Origin: Vicugna vicugna
Taxonomy: Eukaryota
Assembly: GCA_013265495.1 (NCBI GenBank)
Contig: MU058796.1
Coordinates: 310,001-374,000, forward strand
Reading direction: 5' to 3'
Length of the DNA stretch: 64,000 bases
Made by a program: the position numbers and the translations under genes. Shown in pieces: positions 26,261 through 39,699 of this stretch (the stretch's first letter is position 1; each line of letters opens with the position of its first letter). The notes beneath the pieces were generated by a model that made no database searches, was not told where the DNA came from, and saw only the letters and a list, made by a program, of their open reading frames with translations.

Positions 26261-27579
26261 TCCTCGGGCTGAGGCTGCATGTGGTGGATCACATTCCTGA
26301 GAGCCAGAGCCTGCCATCCATCAGCTAGTCAGACACGTGAGCTGGGGGCCTGTGTGTCTTCACCGATTGTTTCTGTTTTTGTTTGCTCTCAGCAAAAGGG
26401 GACACCAGATTGTAGCAATTAGGAGTGAAATTTCCCCTCAAAGTCAGAGGAAAAAAAAATCAGAGACTTAGTCACTAAATCTTACAGAGGAAGGAGAAAG
26501 AGGAGCTAAAGCTTGATGGACTGAATTCTGAATGCAGTTTCTGAAAAGGAATTCTTGTGGTAAGGGACAGTGGAAAGATCCCAAGTTACAACACAAACCC
26601 AAGGGCAGGCCTCATGGAAATCAAAGAAAGTGACCCTGTAGGCACATCGTAGAATAAGGGGACGTTTGAGAAGAGAGGACTATGTATTTACCATTTTGCT
26701 TGATCTACATATCAAAAGCATCCTCTAACTTTATATAGAAGATCCTAGCAGGGAAATGTTTCATATGAAAAAGAAAAAAATAAAATAAAGTAAAAATGAA
26801 AGAAAGAAGAAAGCGCTGGAGGCCATGTCATTTTTTTTTCCCCATCATATTCTTTTTCACAGATTTCAGGCCAGGTGCGAGTACTTCATGCAATCGAATA
26901 CTTTCCCAAATCACCACAAAAGCAAAAGAAGATACTGGGAAATAGAGAATCCACCATACTAAAATAGGTAATCTAACTGAGAAGTAGAAATGATTGAGGA
27001 AAATTAAGTACCCTCAACACTTAATAACTCAACATAAAAAAAGTACAGCTTTTTTCCCCACAACCTGTTATGTAATAAAAGCCCACTGTGATTGCTAGGA
27101 AAAAAGAAACTTCAGCTCAGCTAAGTTTAGAAATATTTTTACTTGATAATATATTTTCTGAAGTATTTTGAATCAGTAATATTGAAAAATTGAAAGTTAA
27201 ATCTCCAATAAATGGAAATCAAGTGATTGGCTATTTGAAAACCTATATTATTCTAGTCATGTATTAGGCCTCATCTCTAGCAAATGCCTTTGCAGCAAAA
27301 ATGTTTCGTTAGCAAAGAGATGTCAGTCTTTTTTATCACCAACTGTTAACAGTTAATAGAAATTTTCTGTTTTATTGTCACTTAGAAGCAAAAAATAAAA
27401 TTGTCCAGGTATTTAACCAGAACTGATAAAGTTTAAAGAAAAACAATGATTTCACTCAAAAAAAAGTTTTAAATTTGTCATAACAATCAAATTTATAATT
27501 TACTTTGATTCAAAATCCATATTAGAGGGATTAACAGAGGGATTTCATTAATGCTACCTGAAGATTGTGGAAATGTGTG

Positions 27580-27770
27580 GTGAACACACTGGCTTCTTAG
27601 AAGATTCAGTTTCCAATCCTGACTCAATTATATTCAGGTTGTGTCTCTCCCTTCCTGAGCTCTATGTAAGAACAGGATAAAATTACCTATTCTTTATGTT
27701 GCATTGTTATTATGATTTAAATAAATTAACATATAAAATAACTCAGTACAGTTTCTGAAAAATTTGGAGC
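27580..27770 (+). mobile_element. MIR SINE (degraded)
   Basis: 'tttccaatcctgactc...ataaaattacct...aataactcagtacagtttctg'. Confidence 0.5.
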
Positions 27771-27809
27771 ACAGCAGAATGTTTGTATTTCCCAGTAAGA
27801 GCATCACTA

Positions 27810-28540
27810 TCTAGACAGCTGTTCACATTGTCTCTCCCACATGTTGAATTAGTTTTCAAGTCCTGTCATTTCTACCTCCTAACTATCTCTCAATTACTTC
27901 TTTATCTTCTCTTGCACTTCCCAAGTAAAGCCCCTCATTTCCTTATGCCTGGACTAAAATCATGACCATGTAATTCATCCTTACTTACAGACTCAACTAC
28001 TGCCAAACCATTCTTTATGCTGAATTCTCTTTCTAGAGAATAAATATAATCATACTATCCTCCTTAGAACTCTTTATGACTTCCTGATGCCCATAGGACA
28101 GAATATAATCTCCCTAGAGTGATACAGAAGGGACTTCATCAATAGGTAGCTCAACATCGTCTTCCATTTTTTATCGTGTACGCTATGTAATAGACACACT
28201 GTGCTATCCTTTCCCCTGCACTTGTAACTTTGCACTTGCTGTTCCCTTTGCCTGTGATCTGTTTCCCACCCTCTAACAGTGAACAACTGTTCATCTTTAA
28301 GACACAGCTGAAATGTCACCTCCCACATGTCGCCTTCTCAGAGCACACAGGAAGAATTTATCATTCCTCTAGGACTTATGTCATTCCTGCAGGACTTACT
28401 CCATTATACCACACCATATTTTATTAATTACTCGTTAACATGTCTGTCTCTACACAAGACTATGAGCTCCACTGTACAGCACAGAGCCAAAAATATGGTA
28501 GGTAGTATTTGATACATGTTTACGGAATTAATGATTGAGA
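27810..28540 (+). mobile_element. L2 LINE 3' region
   Basis: 'caagtcctgtcatttctacctcctaa', 'ttgcacttgctgttccctttgcctg', 'catctttaagacacagctgaaatgtcacctcc', ends 'atgtttacggaattaatga'. Confidence 0.8.
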
Positions 28541-29659
28541 ACAACAGAAACAAATCAATGATGTTACAGTGAGTCTCCTCATGAATTAATATGGCTCAAA
28601 TTTGCAAGTGGCCTTTTATTTGTACTGAATATTTGTAACTTCTGTCCATATGGGGGAACAAAAGAAATGAAATTGAGATCATTATTTAGGGAAGTCAAAA
28701 AAAGCCCCAAACCCAAAAAACCCAATAACAATAATCTTTTTGAGTCAATTATGTTGATATTACAAGCAAATGGGTCTTTGACCTAAATTATCGAGTTTAA
28801 ATACCTCAGTTTACTCTGCTTGTTTAGATACGGCATGAACACCAAGGTATTTTTGTTATTCTCAGAAAACACAGATTTTAGATCATCTGTTCCTTCCCTT
28901 TGCACACAAGCACAAAGGAAAGCAGGAGGTGGATACAGCGGCAGACTGACTTCTGCACAGGGCTTCGTCACTGACGCTCGGAGAGTTCTCGTTCAGCACG
29001 CTCCGTACCTTGGTTCCTCCTTCTACAAAAATGTACTGACTTGTATCTTCAGGAGAAAATATGAGGGAAAAGTAAAACATCTTGGTGTACAAATGTAGGA
29101 GCCCAGCTTCAGGAATGAACTTCATTTAGTGCCTAGTAGAGTGCTGCTGACAGTGAATAAATGTGCCTTGTTGGTGATGAAATACTAAATGTAAGAACCT
29201 GTGTTTCTGGTTCTGCACTGTCATAAAGCTGCTATTATTCAGCATTTATTAGGTACCCACAGAGTATGAGACATAAACATGACAAGTAGAAAACACACAG
29301 TCCCTAACCTTTAAATTACAAAAGACAGATGCACAGGAAAGTAGGTGGACCTCGAAATTGTTTCCAAATGGCTGTTTGTAGGAGGATTTAGAGAGTAGGA
29401 AAACCGAAGGGAGGCAGGATGGGGTGGACAGGAGTGTTAGGAAATGCGATGTGTAAGGAGTTAGTGTTCTCATAAAAGAAACGGAGCTGGCGATCAGGCC
29501 AATTTCCAGAAGCTTAGGAGTGAACCTGAGAGACCCACTGGTGATAATGAAGAATCCAAGGCGGAAAAGAGGGAAGAGTGTTTTTATGTGGCCTCTCTGT
29601 GTCCTCTTTGCTAGCAGAAGTACTTCCTCTAGCTTCTCTGGTTGGCAGTAAGAGAAAAA

Positions 29660-29830
29660 AATCATGATTATTTTAAAGTAAGACACTGCCAAGCTAAATG
29701 AATGGTTTAGCCATTTACTAGCCTCATGCTTCTCCATCTTTAAAATGGAACAGTAATATTTCAAAGAATTGGCATAACAAGATGAAGCATGTAAATGGTC
29801 CACACTGGTACCTTGCACATAGTTTAGGAA
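29660..29830 (+). mobile_element. MIR SINE
   Basis: 'gcctcatgcttctccatctttaaaatggaacagtaata...cacactggtaccttgcacatagt'. Confidence 0.65.
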
Positions 29831-30749
29831 GCCTATCTAGAGCTGGAATCTTAGTCTGCTGTTCCAGTCTCTGATGTCCCAGGTTTCCTGGTTGTTTTTG
29901 TTTTGTTTTGTTTTGTTTGCCTTATCCTTCTTCTGCTTGTCAAAAGGAGTAAGATATTTTCTAAAACGAGAAGATGAAGTTTAAACAAGCAATATTGGTT
30001 AGTAAATACACAGACAGGATTTGTGTTAATGCTAAGGCTCCATTTCCAACTGAATTTGGGGCTAGTGAGATTTTAACCTAGTCGTTTTTTTTTTTTTTAG
30101 CAGTCATTAGATTGAAACCAAAAAAACCCACAGTGGGAGCTTTGTAAAATGGTTCTGGGGGCCCTCAGGGGCATTTCTCTCAGTCTTTTCATCAACAGAG
30201 CCGGTCTATACCGTAAGTCTTATTTATAATAAGGAGGCTTTCAGGCAATTTCACACTGCTTTTCTCTGATGCAGCCCCCAAAAAACATGTAAACCCAAGG
30301 GATTAGTAGCAACTTAAAGGGAAAATAGTGTAAAGTTACACCGTGAATCGAGGCAGTGCAGCTGCCTTGATGCACTGTTCCCTTGAGCTCCTACAGTGAA
30401 TGAAACTTATCTAAGTGGCCCAATCCACTCCCACACTGTCAGATCCTCAGCCCTTTGTTAGAGCAGGCACGAGAATTGCTCAATCTCAGGGGGCAGCCAA
30501 GTCTGTAATGACCTGCATTGTAGAAACACACAGGAGTTCACTATCTGGGAATGAAAACTTAAATCTCCTTTTGTATTTCTTTGTTGACAGTTGCAAGCAG
30601 GGCTGTGTAAATAAACAAAATGTTTATTCTGGCAGTATTGCTTTCTTAGGCGGTTCAGATACATTTATTGAGTAGGGCAGCAGCCTGGAATGGAAATGAA
30701 ATGGGAATACCATCTGAGGGCCGTGTAGAAGTCTTGAAAAAGACTGAAT

Positions 30750-32120
30750 ATTCCCCAAATGCAACCATCCTGAGGCTGGCATACTTACACTGATGATCTC
30801 ATCAGACCAATTATTAATAAGCATGAATTAGGCTAATGAAATCAGATAGGCTAATGAAAGGCAGCCTCCTACTTGTTAGCATTGCTATTTTCTTCATTAT
30901 TTAATCTCTAACAGAAACTAAATTTACTGCTCGAGATCTAATTGAGCCTGTTTGACTTTGAAACATTTTTTTAGTTGTTCCAAAGAGACTTTAAGAAGGT
31001 GTAATTGTGAAAATAATAAGAATCTATACAGCACGTGCAACATCGGAAACATAGATCAAATCAGAACAACTGTCGGCATTTCCTGCTCCTCTGATAAGAT
31101 TAAATTGCAAGCGAAGGAAATGATAAAGAGGAACGTTTTTTTTCAAGGCTGGGATTTTTAAAAGGCAGATTCTCCATCCCCAAATGGCAGCTTCTTTAAT
31201 TTTTTGTCACACATAATTGAGTAAATAATTAAACTGTAACGTATCTTTCTCTCCGAGGATAAGCACTATAATATGATCTGGAAAACTTAATGAGGATCAA
31301 AATTGAGCCCTTTGGCCTGTAGAACAAAGCTGTGAAGACTTGACCCGGACATGGACTGGGGAAGATCACCTCCTCTGATGAGCATGCACGAGCGACCACT
31401 GTGTCTTAAATCTGCAAGGGTGGATGTGAGTTTGACGTGATGTGGTTTTGATTTGAGGCTTCTTTCCAAAGAAAGCTTGAGAATCTGCTAAAGGAATCAA
31501 GGGCAAAGGAAGCATGTGCTTCCCATTCTTCTTCCCATTAAGCAACGGGTGGATAAGGGAAGCCCCTTGTGAACTGGAGCTGTTTGCAGCCATTCCAGTG
31601 ACTTCACTTGTTCTCATGTCTTCCGTCTGAACATAAGTGCCAAAAGAGAGACAGGAAGTATGCATTTGTGAGTAAGGGGTTAAACCCAGCAGGATGTGTG
31701 GATAAAATTACAGTGTATTTCCTATTTGATAATACTGGATCTATTTTGAGATTACTTATCAGTTGGTTATTGTGCTAATAATTGCCATTAAAATTAATAG
31801 TACATTTTGGGAATTAGGCAAAGAGCTAACAAGTTTGCTTTTACACAGAGCTTTCCAAAAGCAATCTGGGTAACTTGTTTCTGGAATGCAGCTGTGTAAG
31901 TTTTCATTAACATCTTGCAGGTGGAGCCTAATTTTAGTTCAGCCTTGAGAAGGGGAATTGTTTTCCTCATGATACGCACAGCACCGCAACAGCAGCAAAG
32001 CAGGTGGGGCTTCGCAAAGCACTTGTTTACTTTCCTCTTTTTAAAAAACAGATGATTCATATCATTAATCATACAGTTTCTATTTGATTTTAACATGTCT
32101 TTAGCAGAATAGTCGGAGTA
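30750..32120. promoter_or_regulatory. Candidate conserved non-coding/enhancer block
   Basis: No repeat recognised; many TAAT/ATTA cores, E-boxes (CAGCTG, CAGGTG), Fox TGTTTAC, palindromes. Confidence 0.35.
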
Positions 32121-32969
32121 CATTTGACCTACAGTTCCTCAAATGGGAAACAAAAGCAATGAAATGGAAAATGATAAGAAAATGAGCAATGAATCCTAAA
32201 TATAGTGGAGGAGAAGCCAGTGAATGAAGTGAAGTGAAATTTAGAAATACATCTGTTTGGCTACAAAAGCATTTTCAAAAGCAACCTTCCAGATTCTAGT
32301 TTGGCAATTTAAAGTTGGCTCAATTAGGAAGTTCAGTATTTCTTTTTTCTACCATTGCTAGGAGGAACCTATTAGGGGAAGGAAGCAGTTGTTGGCAAGG
32401 GGGGAGTTGAGGGGTCAGAAAGGACAACTAAGGTACAGATTGTTTTCTCTTGCAAGGTCTTCCCTGGCCTTTGAATCTCAGGCAATGACTGGTAATCAGC
32501 TTAAATTTTAGGTCCGAGGAAAAAACATTTTAAAGACTCAAAGAGTGATTAATGGCAGTAAATTCTCATATAATTTATTTAGGAAATACCTTAAGCTTTA
32601 TATTAAGCTTCCAGGGCACAAACCCCATACCTTTGGTATGTTGAAAGTGTTTCCGCACAGTGAGCCTACTGTGTGTATCTCTTTGGATGTGAGGGCAGTG
32701 TGATGTGGCCAGAATACTTCTGTGTGTCATCAGGCTTAAGCAAGAGCCTTTGAATGCTCCTACCCTGTGGAGTGTGCATGAAAATTCCATTACTGCCACA
32801 GAGAGGGGGCAGCTCCATGTGTATATTTTTTCCTTTCAATTCAGTCTCTCGGAATGGATGGAATTTGTGATTATGCTGAATAGAAGTCTATTGTTCCAAA
32901 CCTTCAAATAAGCCTTTTTTAGAAAGCCCTCTTTTGGACCTTGAAGGTCACCATTCAAGGGCTCTGCTT

Positions 32970-33159
32970 CATGGAAGTTCCTAACCTGGGATACAGGTTG
33001 GGTCATGAATGTGCTTTAGGGTGTTCATGAACAAACTCTCTTGTTTTGTTTGTTTATTGTTTGATGTGAATGTGCTTTTTTTTTTTCTCATGAGAAAGTC
33101 TGTAGCTTTCCTTGAATCCCCAAAAGGATTTATAATCCCCCAAATCTTAAGAACTATTG
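32970..33159. mobile_element. hAT-Charlie MITE, Charlie4z-like
   Basis: 'gttcctaacctggg...catgaatgtgctttagggtgttcatgaac...gagaaagtctgtagctttc...cttaagaactattg'. Confidence 0.55.
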
Positions 33160-35352
33160 CCATACACAAAATGTTTTCAAATACTGCCTTTAATGTAAAG
33201 GAACTACAGTAGTTTACTTTGGCTAACGATTATAATTATAGTATTTGTCAGCCTTCCTCATATAGTCACTCTTGGTCTGGTTTAGGACTAAGTCTATACT
33301 GTAAGTGTGCCTACCTACTTTCCCTCAGATATAATAATTCTTTCCTTATCTCTAACTTATAACTATACTAAATGAGCATCTAAGAGGATATTAAAATTTT
33401 AAGATGTCTTTCTTTATTCAACATAGATTTGTTAAGTTCCTATTATATTTAAGGTACTTCTGGATTTCAGAAATATATGACACAGACTCTTTCTTTAAGA
33501 AGTTCCCAGACTTGTGGCAGAAACATTCAACTAGGAAAAGAAACTCAGCCAGTTGATCTGTGTGTAAAAGGAGAAGATGTTATGTGAGGCCTCAGATTTT
33601 AAAAACATATTGTACGTCCTCATTTTGAGATGTAAATGCAAAGGTTAAAAGCAAATGACTGAGACCATTTGACAAGTGACAAGAACCATACCACACCCAA
33701 ACCTGTTGTGTTTTGTTTTGTTTTTTTTTTTGCCATTCCATTCCGACCACCCTAGATGTGGCTGGAGAAGGGGCCATGTAGGTGACAGAATGGAGTCACT
33801 TAGAACTGACTCCCATGAGTGGAATGAGAGGAAAGGCCATCAAAAGATAAGAAGGAACCAGTTTGTTGAGGCTTAGGCCAAGTAAGTATTTTTGACTGAT
33901 CTGATCTTACAGATTCCCTAAATCTGATAGATTGTGACTTTGCAACTCTCTTAAGGACAGAACTACTGGAGTTTTCACAGACACAATGCCCTTTTGTTTT
34001 TCCAATTAGATCCAATCTTTGGATGAGCTCTATCTCTTGTAGATACCTGAAACTTAGACTCTGTTACTGTTTCTTCCATTCCCCAACATCTGACACTCTT
34101 CTAACTCTGTCCCAAATTTTTCTTTGACTCCCCCTTATTCACAGGAATATGAGGACAAAGAAAAAGGAAAATAAGTTGACATGGAGCAGGAATGGAGTAG
34201 TGCTTCCAGTTCTCTCTCACTGGGACCCAGACTACTAATGGCAAATGCCATAGATTTGATCTTTGCAATATTCAGTTTGCTTCGAGCCTCATTCAGAAAG
34301 TAAAATTCAGTACCCGACTTCTATTCATCATAAAATCCAGGACTATCTTTGAGAGGATGAAATGGAGTTGCAGCCTTATTTCCAGAAAGTATGAAAGGTT
34401 GTTTTGACTATCTATACAGAAGGCTCAGTTTTTGCATATTCCTAGTTAGAAATCACAGAATTGGCCAACTGCCTTCTTCATTTCTAGGTTTTTCATTTCT
34501 CTGTAAATTTTTCCTACACTTCTCTCTAGGCAAACCTACACTTTTCCTGCTGAGACTCCTTAAGTCACAAAGTAAAATGTCACCTACAGGAAACATGTGA
34601 TTCATTTCACTCTTGCTGGTAGGTACATTCAGAATTCTACTTTGGGAGGTTTTCTTTCCCCATTTTTAATCTAAACCTTATTGGGCTGCCTGCAGTGGAA
34701 GCCTCAGCCACGGCTGCTGAAATAAAGTCTTTACAGAAGCACTTAAAGAAGACATAGTTGTTCTGGTGCTGCTTCTGAAGAAGTTCCCATCAGCAGCAGG
34801 GTAAAATTTATGGGATACTTATGAGATTTTTGGTTTCTTAAAAGAGCGCACATGCCAGAGAAAATCTGAACACATTCTATGAAAACTGTACAGACCTCTC
34901 AGCCAGCACAAGGACGTGCACAGAAAACCTGAGGAGTTGCTGTGTTGGCAGGGCTAAAATCATCTCAGACAAATCAGTCTGTCCTGATTTAAAATCCTGT
35001 TTAAAGACTTGAAATGAAAGAAAGAGATTCTACCAGTTCAGCTGGGGAGCCCTGCCAATATCTAATTATTATTTTTAGTTCTGTATCTGAATTTAGTATT
35101 TATTAGCATCAACTCTGCTGGTTTTTTTAGACTACAAATTTGGGTAAGAAGAAACAAAACTGGCCAAAAACTCTGCAAGTACATGAGAATCTCTACTCTG
35201 TAGAACAGAAATAATAAATTAAAAATAGAGAGTATTTTGATAACTCATACCGATATGTTTGGGTCATGTCTACTCTTAGTTTTCTTTTTGAGACTTTAGA
35301 TTATCCAGAGTTATGTAGGTTGAGGCAAACTGGCATACACATATATTTCATT

Positions 35353-35353
35353 C

Positions 35354-35407
<54 letters not shown>

Positions 35408-35413
35408 GTATAT
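35353..35413. repeat. Compound (TA)n(CA)n(TA)n microsatellite
   Basis: Seen directly. Confidence 0.95.
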
Positions 35414-35849
35414 AATCAAACTAGATAAAGCATTTTAAAAGTGTTTATATCTATCCTACTGCCCAAGGAAAAGCCAATACTCAAACTGAGCCAGGTGGGG
35501 TAACAGAGGCACCAAACAACCTTAACCCAGCAGTAAGCAGTGTCGGACTGGTGGCTCTGATCTCAGGTTGCGGTATGCCATCCATGCTTGCTTTGGGATT
35601 AGTGTTAGATAAAAGCAAAGATGGGGAAGAATAAGTGAGGCACAAATCAGCTTGTCAAAAACATAAGAACTGGTGACATTAATGATAATATAAATGCTAT
35701 TTCAATTGCTGTGGCACATTGTCGTTCTCTAAGTATTTATCTACAAGATCGTGTGATCTTTCTAATAATCTTTCTGAGGTAGAGAGAGCAAATATTATCA
35801 AGTCATTTTATAGAACAAAAAGTTAAAATCAGGGATTGTAGAGTGGTAA

Positions 35850-36105
35850 CAGGGATTTTCCCCCAGTATAATATTTAATAAAACATTAAATTAGTTGTCA
35901 AGACTTTAAAAATTAGAGATTTTACATTTTTAAAAAAGCTAGGTATCTCTACTTATCTAGAAGAGCTGAACGTTCTGGCACCACTGGATAATGCTGGGCC
36001 CCCTACGCGTAGAGTCCACTATTTCCTATTGCCATATTCCCAGTCTTCTCACTCATTAATCTTTACTTGCTTGGCCTTTTTTGGCATTTGATTTTTGCAC
36101 CCCTG
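35850..36105 (-). mobile_element. hAT MITE, MER102-like
   Basis: Ends 'ctcattaatctttacttgcttggcc...ggcatttgatttttgcacccctg' (reverse complement CAGGGGTGCAAAAATCAAATGCC). Confidence 0.6.
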
Positions 36106-37377
36106 GTGTAAAAGTTCTTTCATAAGGCCGTGCCTCGAGGTCGTGACAGAGGTAGACATGAAGTGCAGTTGTGCTACATTCTTTTATTGTAAAACATTCA
36201 CACCATACTGTGTGGCTAGCATGTCCTTCCCTCCTCTCCTCCGAGAACCTTTTGCGCCACTGAATTTCTCACAGTCGCCCACGAGGTCATGTTTTTCCCT
36301 ATCCCCATGTGATCGGTGCTGTTCCTTACACTTTTCATACTGTCCACTTCTACTCTCCCTTTTCTTGACTAAATCTTATTCCCAGTGCTCCGCTCAAAGT
36401 TTCCCTGCTCTCTGCAGCCGTCTCTGAGCCCACCTGCATCTTCCCACCTCTCCCCATGCCATCATTTATTCAGTCTGTCATTAATTTAACAAATGGCAGA
36501 TGAACAAACTGAGGAGAGGAAAGAATAGTATTATGTCTGCACTCGATTTACTCTTCTCCCCAGGTCTATGCTGAGGTAAAATCATTACAGCTTCCTTTCC
36601 AGTGTAAACTATGGATCAGATCACTTAATAGTTAAGATTTTGAGGAGAATGGCATTGAGACACATCTGTCACAGACAACGTGGACGAACTATGGCAACTT
36701 CTCTTTGAGGTAATCCAAGCTGAAGCTTGTTGATTAAGTATTTGTGACTTATTTATGTATTAAAAATGCTCCTTGCTTGAGCAGAGAAACTCATGTTTCT
36801 TTACCACTTCAGTTTAGTGATTCATGTTTCTTTACCAGTTTCGAAAAGAATGGAAAACATTAATTCGAAGTCTCCAGGAGGCAGTGCTCTTCTTTCCCCG
36901 AGCAGGAGACAAATTGGTGCCTGGCATGGAAAATTATGTGTCGAAAAAATGATGCAGAAAAGATAAGGACTAGCCCCAGTTTCTGATTCATTACACAAAT
37001 GTTCTTTAACTAACCCACTGTGTTCCAACACCAAGCTAGGCCTTGGAGATGAGTAGACATGCAAATATATAGGTGCAATGGGTATTACAGGCACGTATAG
37101 GCATCTGTACAGAATACGGGGTGTACAAAGAGGACAGCAGTGGGCCCTGCCCAGTGAAATCAAAGGAGTTCCATGATAAGTTGACCCTTGAGCTGAGTCC
37201 TAATGGACACAAGTAAATTTTTGCACTCAATTTGAATAAAATATTAAGGACTGCTCAGCATGACAAAATAGATCAGGAAGGTGAATTTCTCCTTCATGAG
37301 GGTGTAGATGGTATGAAAAACAGTTGAGAACATAGTGGGCACACAATAAATGCAAAGTAAATGAATAGAGGTATACA

Positions 37378-37600
37378 GTCTTCAGATTCTACCTGAGTTT
37401 CAATCCTGGCTCAATTATTTGCTTAATACTGTGACCTTAGACAAGCTGCTTAAGTTCTCTGGGTCTCAGTCTTCTCCTCTGTTAAATAGAAATAGTAATA
37501 TTACCTACTTCATAGAGTTGTGGTAGTAATAAATGAGATAATGTATGTAAACTGTTTAGCACAGTACCTGGCACATAGTAATACAAAAGTTAGCTATTAG
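37378..37600 (+). mobile_element. MIR SINE, well preserved
   Basis: 'aatcctggctc...tgtgaccttagacaagctgcttaagttctctgggtctcagt...aaatgagataatgtatgtaaactgtttagcacagtacctggcacatagtaa'. Confidence 0.9.
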
Positions 37601-39699
37601 AATTACTGTAATGCAATGTAGTGTAAGTCCATATAATATTTTTCTTTGTGATAACCAGCATCGAACAAAGGTTTATATATTTCAAAGCACTTACAAATGA
37701 AAACTTAGAAAATTAAAACAAAAAGGAATCTCATACCTAATCTTCCCTGCATCATTTATGTTTCAGTTTTGCATTTTATTCCCACTTCTCTTAGATAATG
37801 AAACCAGGCGAGGTCCCATAATTGCCCTTCTGCAGCTATCTGTTTAGTATTCAGTTTCTTAAATTTTTCAGTGAGGATCATCCTCCAGCCATAACACATT
37901 AGCACGCTGCTGCTGTGCCAGGGCTTCCAGTCCTGCGCATCACCAAAGAGAACCATTCTCAGCAGCACATTTTTACTTTCAAACATTGACTAAAATTGTG
38001 AATCTTAGATTTTCTGTTACATACATACATATCTGTGTATATCTCTTTTAATAATACAACCTGTATTTTATCCATCAGAATTTATTGTTTTTATTAGTAA
38101 ATATATTTATTTTATTAAAATAATTTAGAAATATTGAATTACTATCCCAATGTATATATATACAATGTTCTTCTGGAAAAAACTCAAAAATTCTTTATTT
38201 CCTGCTAATTTTTTTAGGTTATTCCTATAAAATTCATATAAAATTTATGCTTTAGTCTTTTCTAGATACAGTAAAATAACATTTTCAAAAATCTTTCACT
38301 TCTGGGGGACTCCACATTCTCTTGATAACATACCTTCCTTTCTTCTATGCTTATCTACCAGAAATAATCTTAGGCCTTTCTATGTAATAAAAATATATAC
38401 TATTCTATAAAAGAATTAATATAGCTCTTAAAAATACAGTATAATAAAAGTACAATTAGGGAAAAGTCATATTAATAGAAAATTACAAGAAGATAAGAGC
38501 TTTATTATTTTCTCATACCCACTTAAACTGAAATAATAAAAGTGTTTAAAAAAATAGAAGCTATTTCCTCTTCTAAAGATATTTTTCATTTTACAAAACT
38601 GAGATCATCCACTGTATTTCCATCTTCAAGAGAAAGACCTTGTTCAACATGATCATTCCTGTGTCACCTCTTGGGTTGGCACAGTGCTGAGGCCGCTATG
38701 TTTTAAGATTTGAGTGTAAGCGGCGTCAGAATTTCCCCTTGGCTCTATTACTCTGTTGTGTTCTGGGCTTTCTGCCATGTTCTTGGGCAACCCCTCACAC
38801 CACTACACATTTCATCTCTCTTCCCTTCTTCCCATGTCCAAGTCTTGTTTCCCAGACTGACAAATTGTTTATAATTCATTATAGGGAAATTTAGCTCTGT
38901 CTTTATCCAGTGCTGCCCATCAGGCTATGCCCCAAAGACCTTGACTTTCTCAACTAGAGTGTCCAGATTTACCTTGTTGTTTTCCTTAACAAAAGAACCA
39001 TTCATGTGTGATATAAGTATTGCTCCTTGCTCCTCCTGAGAAGGCCAAAAATAGCAGGTTTTTTTCTCTTTGATAAAACAGGTTTGTGGAACTTTTTTTC
39101 CTCTCCATTATGTAGTTTTTTTTTTTCAACAAATATTTTTGAAGTGTGTTGTATGTGTAAGGCTTTGTGCAGAACAATTTAATTTTCACTTTATTTCCAG
39201 GAACTCCCATTATGGGACGTGAACCCCAAGAAGGTGAAGCTGATAGCCACATAAATATGTCCTAGTGTCTTCAGGAAAGAAAGAACTTCAGACATGTCCG
39301 TGGAACCTCTGCCAATTATTTTTGAGATATCAGGGAGAATGGGACAGAGTTAAGTGAACTGGAGACGAATCAATGCTGACCTGCGTTTATCAGGAAAGAA
39401 AGAAAGATTCTGTGAACTGCAAACCAATGAGTTTGACATCAGTCTCTAGCAAAATTTAGACAGAACTTTTAAAGTAAAAGTGGGCATTTTGAGAAAATGG
39501 CAATGATTATCAAGAATCAGTATGGGTTCACTAAGAACACAGTAGTCCCAAGAAACTAATTTACTTTTACTCTTCAAAATAGAGTATAACTAAATTTGGT
39601 AAGTCTTACAATCAAAATACTCAAACACACTTAGAAGATAAGTTTGAGCTAATTTATAGTATGATTAGGAAGTTTTCAAAAATGGCAGAATTACCTCTT

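Noticed and set aside
26863..26874. Possible 12-nt plus-strand microexon after a good polypyrimidine tract and CAG
   Set aside because: Donor GTGCGA is weak and no host gene is evident
29249..29818. Longest ORF (189 aa, minus strand)
   Set aside because: Starts within a MIR, Leu/Ser/Phe-biased antisense of purine-rich DNA, no recognisable domain
32795..32815. CTCF-like AGGGGGCAGC
   Set aside because: 5' half of the CTCF core does not match
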